In this document: positions 40,968-42,365 of the stretch, piece by piece
Layout of the letters: each line of letters starts with the position of its first letter
How positions within the stretch are numbered: position 1 is the first letter of the stretch
Source of the DNA: a virus
Strand: one strand, 5' to 3'
Length of the DNA: 42,365 nucleotides
Virus record (IMG/VR): IMGVR_UViG_3300027852_000019
Position numbers and translations under genes: made by a program
The notes under the pieces: generated by a model
The model's database searches: none
What the model was told of the DNA's origin: nothing
What the model saw: only the letters and a program-made list of their open reading frames with translations

Positions 40968-40989
40968 CATCCTCCTATTTGGTTATTTT
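40968..40989. repeat. 22-bp perfect direct repeat, copy 2.
   Basis: Identical to 40723-40744. Confidence 0.9.
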
Positions 40990-41523
40990 AGTTGCTACAA
41001 TACCAAAGGAACAGCCGTCTAAGAATGGACGAAAAGTGTATTTATGGGTTCCATTCATTCTATATAATAGTTTTGCAATATTTGGCATGTAGCTCATTGG
41101 TTTATCATAGTACCCTTCATGACATTGTTTGTTGTTACTAAAGTACATTGATATACATGGACCTATTCCTGGCTTTTCATTTAACCATATCTTTAATTCC
41201 CTATTCATATTATCTACCTCCTTAACTTTGTATTTTTTCTCATTCATCTGTTCTATCTTACAGTATACAGTAAATCCTTCACATCCACCATAAAAGATAC
41301 ATTTACTACAATCATCGAAGTTACTGAAACCACGGATAGGACATTGCTCAGTCAGACCATCTCTATCAAATTGGATTTCTATCATTTTATCTCCTATGTC
41401 TCTTATTCTTTTTACCTCTTCTGCTCTTCCTATGAAGATGAGGAATAGATTTATAGCTCTTGCTAGAATTAGAACTCCTATAAAAGTTACTAACAAATGA
41501 GAAAATGCTGTTACAGGATGCAA
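40975..41523 (-). CDS. Cys-rich protein; the N-terminal extent is unresolved.
   Basis: The 182-aa track ORF starts at a TTG with no SD and begins with a TM-like segment. An internal ATG at 41385 has SD AGGAGATAAA and gives 136 aa (MIEIQFDRDGLTEQCP...). See the finding on 41387-41557. Confidence 0.7.
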   Translation of the reverse strand: MHPVTAFSHLLVTFIGVLILARAINLFLIFIGRAEEVKRIRDIGDKMIEIQFDRDGLTEQCPIRGFSNFDDCSKCIFYGGCEGFTVYCKIEQMNEKKYKVKEVDNMNRELKIWLNEKPGIGPCISMYFSNNKQCHEGYYDKPMSYMPNIAKLLYRMNGTHKYTFRPFLDGCSFGIVATKITK

Positions 41524-41557
41524 GCCCTGCGTATAAGAATGGAATGTATCTGTTCAT
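41387..41557 (-). CDS. Alternative-frame 56-aa ORF led by the only strong SD-ATG in this interval.
   Basis: GGAGGTAATA precedes the ATG at 41557..41555, giving MNRYIPFLYAGLASCNSIFSFVSNFYRSSNSSKSYKSIPHLHRKSRRGKKNKRHRR. It overlaps the TM-encoding part of 40975..41523 in another frame. Confidence 0.35.
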   Translation of the reverse strand: MNRYIPFLYAGLASCNSIFSFVSNFYRSSNSSKSYKSIPHLHRKSRRGKKNKRHRR

Positions 41558-41576
41558 TATTACCTCCTATAACAAA

Positions 41577-41795
41577 TTATTCTATTACTTTATAAGCTAC
41601 CAGATATAAACTACATGGTAGTCTACACCACTCAACTACTTCAGTTTGAGGAAGAGCAATACATATTCCAAACCCACTATTAATAGGTTTATACCACCCA
41701 CACTTACTACACTCCCTTCCTGTAAGATTTGGACATGTACACCAATCCTCATTTACACACGTATTGGACTTGTTCTTCTTTAACCAACTAAACAT
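41577..41795 (-). CDS. Cys-rich small protein.
   Basis: 72-aa ORF with SD ATAGGAGGTTAGTAATC before the ATG. Cys motif CTCPNLTGRECSKCGWYKP. Confidence 0.75.
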   Translation of the reverse strand: MFSWLKKNKSNTCVNEDWCTCPNLTGRECSKCGWYKPINSGFGICIALPQTEVVEWCRLPCSLYLVAYKVIE

Positions 41796-41808
41796 GATTA
41801 CTAACCTC

Positions 41809-42365
41809 CTATAATAATTTATTAAACTGTAGTGTCTTTCTATCTATTCCTATCTTTATATTTTTCACCTCCTCTTCAGCGTGCCGAGTCTTCTCAAAGG
41901 AGAGTATAACCTCGGCGTCTTTGCTGGTTTTTATTGTCCGAATTTGGGTGTCAAACCAATTTGACCACATACTACTGCCAAACATATCATCCTCGGATGT
42001 GTATGGCTGGCCATCTACTATCTGGGTCTTGCGGTCATGATGTATTAGGATTACAGCTACCTTGTATAGGTCTATTAGTCTATCTATCTCATTCTGGAAT
42101 ATGCGGACACCATCATCCTCGGTTAGCTTGCCTGATACTACCTTATACAATGGGTCTATGATTAGTACTTGAGGCAGGACGGATTGTAATTCTGTTTCCA
42201 TGTCACGGATGTATATGTTCTTGTCTAGTTTCATGTTAAACTCTGTGCGTAGGAATAATCTATCTGGGCGGAGACCATTACCATGAGAGTATTTAGACAC
42301 TCGCTTCTGGAACTTAGGTTTAGGTATCTCAATTTGCAAGGTATATACAGTCACTGGCTGAATAT
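41809..42365 (-). CDS. C-terminal part of the wrap-around RecA/DnaB-C-terminal-like ATPase (see 1..314).
   Basis: Walker B-like VLIIDPLYK, then AVILIHHDRK, which resembles the helicase-family H..K motif. The ORF is open to the right end of the window. Confidence 0.75.
   Translation of the reverse strand, partial: IQPVTVYTLQIEIPKPKFQKRVSKYSHGNGLRPDRLFLRTEFNMKLDKNIYIRDMETELQSVLPQVLIIDPLYKVVSGKLTEDDGVRIFQNEIDRLIDLYKVAVILIHHDRKTQIVDGQPYTSEDDMFGSSMWSNWFDTQIRTIKTSKDAEVILSFEKTRHAEEEVKNIKIGIDRKTLQFNKLL
42239..42365. repeat. Terminal direct repeat, right copy of 1-127.
   Basis: Exact identity to bases 1-127. Confidence 0.95.

Overview
The window is a complete, circularly closed dsDNA tailed-phage genome. 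Bases 1-127 are identical to 42239-42365, so the unique length is 42,238 bp, and one gene is split across the window ends. A Bacillota (Firmicute) host is suggested by four things: low G+C, GGAGG-type Shine-Dalgarno sites 4-6 nt before almost every start, seven near-consensus sigma-A promoters that all carry a TGn extended -10, and a near-perfect Cheo-type LexA box.

Layout:
- Rightward late/structural arm, 7613-32417: HTH small-terminase-like protein, small membrane and zinc-ribbon proteins, fibre-like proteins, TerL, portal, a 2104-aa giant virion protein, scaffold-like protein, HK97-like capsid protein, and tail/fibre proteins.
- Leftward early/replication arm, running 7501->1 and on across the junction 42238->32470: many small Cys-rich proteins, a RecA/DnaB-like ATPase, an RHH regulator, a Cas4-like nuclease, a Sak4-like ATPase, an ERCC4-like nuclease, an SPPY methyltransferase and a family-A DNA polymerase.

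Two rightward cassettes interrupt the leftward arm and are the most unusual parts:
- A G+C-richer promoter-gene-terminator (moron-like) island inside a 1.37-kb mostly non-coding region (4879-6250) that carries LexA-box-like sites.
- A leaderless HNH/EndoVII-like nuclease cassette (39930-40508) bracketed by a perfect 14-bp inverted repeat and an 18-bp direct repeat, next to a divergent promoter switch with an RHH gene.

I found no integrase, phage RNA polymerase, primase, tRNA, CRISPR array or recognisable endolysin. Functional labels come from motifs read by eye; no database search was possible.
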